Below, piece after piece: positions 60,095 through 64,000 of a stretch of DNA of 64,000 nt; within the stretch, counting starts at the first letter, position 1; each line of letters starts with the position of its first letter. The stretch is from Mobula hypostoma (taxonomy: Eukaryota). The notes beneath the pieces are model-generated. The model did not search any database. It worked only from the letters and a program-made list of their open reading frames with translations, and was not told the DNA's origin. A program made the position numbers and the translations under genes. The stretch spans positions 225,868,001 through 225,932,000 of the forward strand of contig NC_086097.1 of NCBI RefSeq assembly GCF_963921235.1. Direction: 5' to 3'.

Positions 60095-62590
60095 GGACAA
60101 TGGTTAGAGCCTCGCTTGTTGGAGATAGTCATTGCCTGGCACTTGCGTGGCTTGAATGTTATTTGCCACTTGTGAGCCCAAGCCTGGGTATTGTCCACAT
60201 TCTGCTGCATTTGGGTATGAACTGCTTCACTATCTGAGGAGACGTGAATAGTGCAGAACATTGAGCAGTCATCTGCAAACATCCCCACTTCTGATCTTCT
60301 GATTGAGGGAAGGTCATTGATGAGGCCGCTGGAGATGGTTGGTACTAGGACACTTCCCTGAGGAACTCCTGCAGTGAGATGATTGACCTCCAATCACCGC
60401 AACCATCTTCCTTTGTGACAGGTATGATTCCAACCAGCCGAGTGTATTCCCCCTAATTCCCATTGACTCCATTTTAGCTAGGACACCTTGATGCCATACT
60501 CGGTCAAATCCTGCCTTGATGTTGAGGGCTGTCACTCTCCTCACCTCACCTCTGGTATTTAGCTCTTTGGTTCATGTTTGGACCAAGAAGGTGATGAGGT
60601 CAGAGTGGCCTTGACGGAATCCAAACTGGGCATCCGTAAGCAGGTTATTGCTGAGTAGGTGCTGCATGATAGCACTGTTGATGACTCCTTCCATAACTTT
60701 GCTGATGATTGAGAGCAGGCTGACAGGGCAGTAATTGACTGGGTTGGACTTGTCCTGTTTCTTGTGTACAGGACACACCTGGGCAATTTTCAACATTGCT
60801 GGGTAGATGCCGGTGTTGTAGCTGTACTGGAACAGCTTGGTTAGTGGCAGGGCAATTTCTGGAGCACAAGCCTTCAGGACTATTTCTGGGATTTTGCCAG
60901 GGCCCACACCCCTTGCAATATCCAGTGCTTTCTGTTGTTTCTTGGTATCACATGGAGTGAATCGGATTGGCTGCATATTGACATCTGGGATGCTGGGGAC
61001 TTTTGGAGAAGGCCGAGCTGGATCATCCACTTGGCACTTTTGACCGAAGATTATTGTGAATGCCCTCAGCCTTATCTTTTGCACAGGTGTGCTGGGCTCC
61101 TCTATCATTGAGGATGGGGATATTTGTGGAGCCTCCTCCTCCAGCGAGTTGTTTGATTGTCCACCACCATTCATAGCAGGACTACAGAGCTTAGATCTGA
61201 TCTGTTGGTTGTGGCACCATTTAGCTCTGTCAATTATTTGCTGCTTATGTTGTTTGGCATGCAAGTAACTCTGTACTGTTGCTTGATCAGGGTGACACCT
61301 CATTTTAAGGCATGCCTGGTGTTGTTCTCAACATGTCCTCCTGCACTCTTCATTGAACTAGGGTTGATCCCCTGGCCTGGTGGTAATGTTAGAGTGGAGG
61401 ATATGCCGTGCCACGAGGTTACATATTGTAGTTGAGTACAATTCTGCTGCTGCTCATGGCCCAGAGCACCTCATAGATGCGCAGACTTTGGTTGCTAGAT
61501 CTGTTCAAATTCTATCCCATTTAGCTCTGTACTAGCACCACACAACGCAGTGGAGGGTTTCTTCAGTGTGGAGATGAGGTTTATTTCCCGCAAATACTGT
61601 GCAATGGTCACTTCTACCAGATGCTTCCATGGCAGGCAAGTTGGTGAGAATAAGGTCAAGTGTGTTTTTCCTTCTTTTTGGTTCCCTCAGCATCTGCTAC
61701 AGTCTCAGTCTCATAGCCATATCCTGTAGGACCCGACCAGCTTGGTTTGTGGTGTTACTACCAAGCCACTCTTGGTGGTGGACATTGAAGTCCCCACCCA
61801 GAGTACTTTCTGTGCCCTTGCCACCCTCAATGCCTCCTCCAAGAGCTGCTCAACACGGCGAAGTACTGATTCATCAGCTGAGGGAGAACGGTACGTGGTA
61901 ATCAGCAGGAGGTTTCCTTGCCCATGTTTAACCTGGTGCCCCATGAGACTTCATGGGGCCCAGAGTCAATGTTGAGAGTTGCCAGGGCAACTCCCTCTCT
62001 ACTGTATACCACTGTGACACCACCTCTGCTAGGTCTGGCCTATTGGTGAGACAGTACATACCCAGGAAAGTTGATGGTGGAGTTGGGAAAGTTAACTGTA
62101 AGATATGATTCTATCAGTACAATTATGTCAGGCTGTGAGACAGCTCTCCCAACTTTGGCACAAGTCCCCAGATGTTAAGAAGGAGGACTTTGCAGGGTCG
62201 ACAGGGCTGGTTTGCCGTTCTCGTTTCCGGTGCCTAGGTTGATTCAGGGTTGTCCGTCCGGGTTCATTCCTTATTTTTTTCTTTTTAGCAGTTGGATACG
62301 ACTGAATGGCTTGCTAGGCCATTTCAGAGGGCATTTAAGAGTCAACCACACTGCTGTGGGTCTGGAGTCACATTTAGGCCAGACCAGGTAAAGACAGTAG
62401 GATTCCTGCTCCTAAAGGACATTAGTGAACCAGGTGGGTTTTTGCAACAAAAAACATAGTTTCACGGTTATCAGATATTTTTATTGAATTAAAATTCATT
62501 ATCTGTCATGGTGGGATTCGAACTCACATCCCCGGAGTATAACTGGGTCTCTGGATTACTGATGCAGTGGTAATTACCACTACGCCAAAC
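60095..62590 (-). mobile_element. CR1-group LINE (APE plus RT, decayed, 3'-truncated) with a tRNA/SINE-like 5' head and no ORF1
   Basis: A box TGGCGTAGTGG (62587-62577) and B box GTTCGAATCC (62523-62514), then KVLLLNIWGL..PDIIVLIESYL, LLITTYRSPS, GDFNVHH (frameshifted), PVHKKQDKSNPVNYCPVSLLS, QFGFRQGHS, AGFDRVWH, GVPQGSVL and MFADD. Confidence 0.82.
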
Positions 62591-63516
62591 CTCCCCGATA
62601 TATCTCTGATTCAAATTTGTAGTTTTTATTACTATGTATTGCACTATACTGCTGCTGTAAAACAACAAATTTCACAACGTATGTCAACGATATTAAACCT
62701 GATTCTGATTTTGAGGGTGAGGAAGGGGAGAGGGATTCTGTACCTAGAATAGGCCTTTCAGACGTATGCTGAAAAGAGAGGCAGAAGTAGCATGAAGAAG
62801 TAAGTAAAGAGTTAAGTTTTGAGAATCTAGATGCAGAAATGTGAAAAGACCAACGGACTTGAATTGAACCTAAAGGCCTGTGCAAGGTGAGAGAGAAGTT
62901 CAACTGCCACATCCTACATGTTGCTTACTAGACACACACTGTCTGGTGTGTGTCACATGGTACTGTCTGAGACATACAGCCTCTTCACTAAGCAACAATC
63001 TCTAGCAAACAATTTTGAAAGAAAACATTTTCAGACGGTATACTGCCCCCCAACATCCACATCACCACTCCAAGCTTCACCTCACGTCTCCCAGATTCCA
63101 CATGCTGCCACTTATTCAACCATGATGGCTACATTCAGCAAACATATTGTTGAACACTCACTAACGTGCTTCACGTTTCATTAATGGGCAGGTGGCACAT
63201 GGTTGGCTCACGCTGTGGTCAGGTGTTGATGCCTCTGGTGGGGTGGGTGAAACTGGAAGTATGCAAGAGACCACCAAAATTGACAGCATTCTTGGAGAGC
63301 AGAATCTATCCTCATTTACATCTCTCTTCCTCCTTAATCTTCTGGCTCACAAAATGCAGATGGTGGAAGTGCCCTTCCTCCCTCCCCCCCGCCCCACTTC
63401 CTTCACCACATTATTTCTTTGGAGTTTTTTTTCCATAGAGCTGGAACTACAAATCTGGCAAAAAAAAAAGGTAACGGAACAGCATTGAGAGAGAGCAAAG
63501 GTGAAAACATCTGATG

Positions 63517-63648
63517 AGTCCTGCCGATGGGTTTCGGCCCAAAACCTTGACTGTACTCTTTTCCTAGATGCTGCCTGGCCTGCTGAGTTCCTCCAGCATT
63601 TCGAGTGTGTTGCTCGGATTGCCAGCATCTGCAGATTTTCTCTTGTTT
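63517..63648 (+). mobile_element. Penelope terminal repeat with a degenerate minimal hammerhead
   Basis: AGTC-CTGCCGA-TGGGTTTCGGCCC-AAAA-CCTT-GACT followed by the repeat body also seen at 25360-25457 and (inverted) at 17905-18008. Confidence 0.72.
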
Positions 63649-64000
63649 ATGGAGACAGGCATCACTTGATTTTAATTTGCAAATACAAGTTAAAATTGTA
63701 AGACTTAGTGTGCTATAGAGGTCCCCTTAGAGGTGGGAACCACAGGAGTGATCATGTAAAGGTGAAGAGGAGCCCAGAAGGTAGTTCTTCAGATAGAAGG
63801 GTCATTCATTAACTCTGGTGCCAAGGACTTTCCTGAAGTCTGGTTGGAGCTGCTGACAAGAGAAGATTGATGGTCTTATGCAATGGAACATGGCTTTTGA
63901 GAGCAGTTCTGTGACCGAGCCAGGAAAGCTCCAACAACCCACGTTCAATCCAAACCCCTTGTGCTTAATTTGCATCTTCTCCCTGTGACCACGTGGGATC

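Noticed and set aside
63511..63552. Upstream CTGATGAGTC at 63511 as an intact hammerhead core
   Set aside because: Its potential stem II (GTC..GAC) is followed by TGTA, not GAAA. The family-aligned core is the degenerate one at 63521.
1..64000. The many 60-145 aa ORFs in the six-frame track as host genes
   Set aside because: They are TE fragments, antisense or alternate frames of TE ORFs, microsatellite translations or chance ORFs. None resembles a host protein I recognise.

Overview
Eukaryotic, AT-rich, repeat-rich vertebrate DNA. The repeat repertoire (CR1 LINEs with (TTTCTATG)n tails, Rex1/Babar-type LINEs, Penelope-like element termini, V-SINE-like SINEs) suggests a cartilaginous fish, probably a ray; this is inference. 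I see no recognisable host protein-coding gene, so the window looks intergenic or like part of a very long intron. Every recognisable ORF is transposon-derived. The main elements are a young 5'-truncated CR1 with an intact 719-aa RT ORF (3165-5324, -), a nearly full-length decayed CR1 (21084-24880, -), a Rex1/Babar LINE (7502-8824), a complete but dead IR/DR Tc1 (46081-47760, TA TSD), a probable solo LTR with a 4-bp TSD (39349-40037), a tRNA-derived SINE with a 9-bp TSD (52875-53186) and many Penelope termini with degenerate minimal hammerhead ribozymes. The most unusual items are (i) a LINE whose endonuclease-RT ORF directly follows a tRNA/SINE-type Pol III head with no ORF1 (60095-62590, -), and (ii) a ~5.6 kb repeat-free, homeodomain-motif-rich island (33740-39340) containing a candidate 144-nt cassette exon. 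I cannot support a claim of a wholly new biological system. Boundaries of old repeats are approximate and were set by eye.
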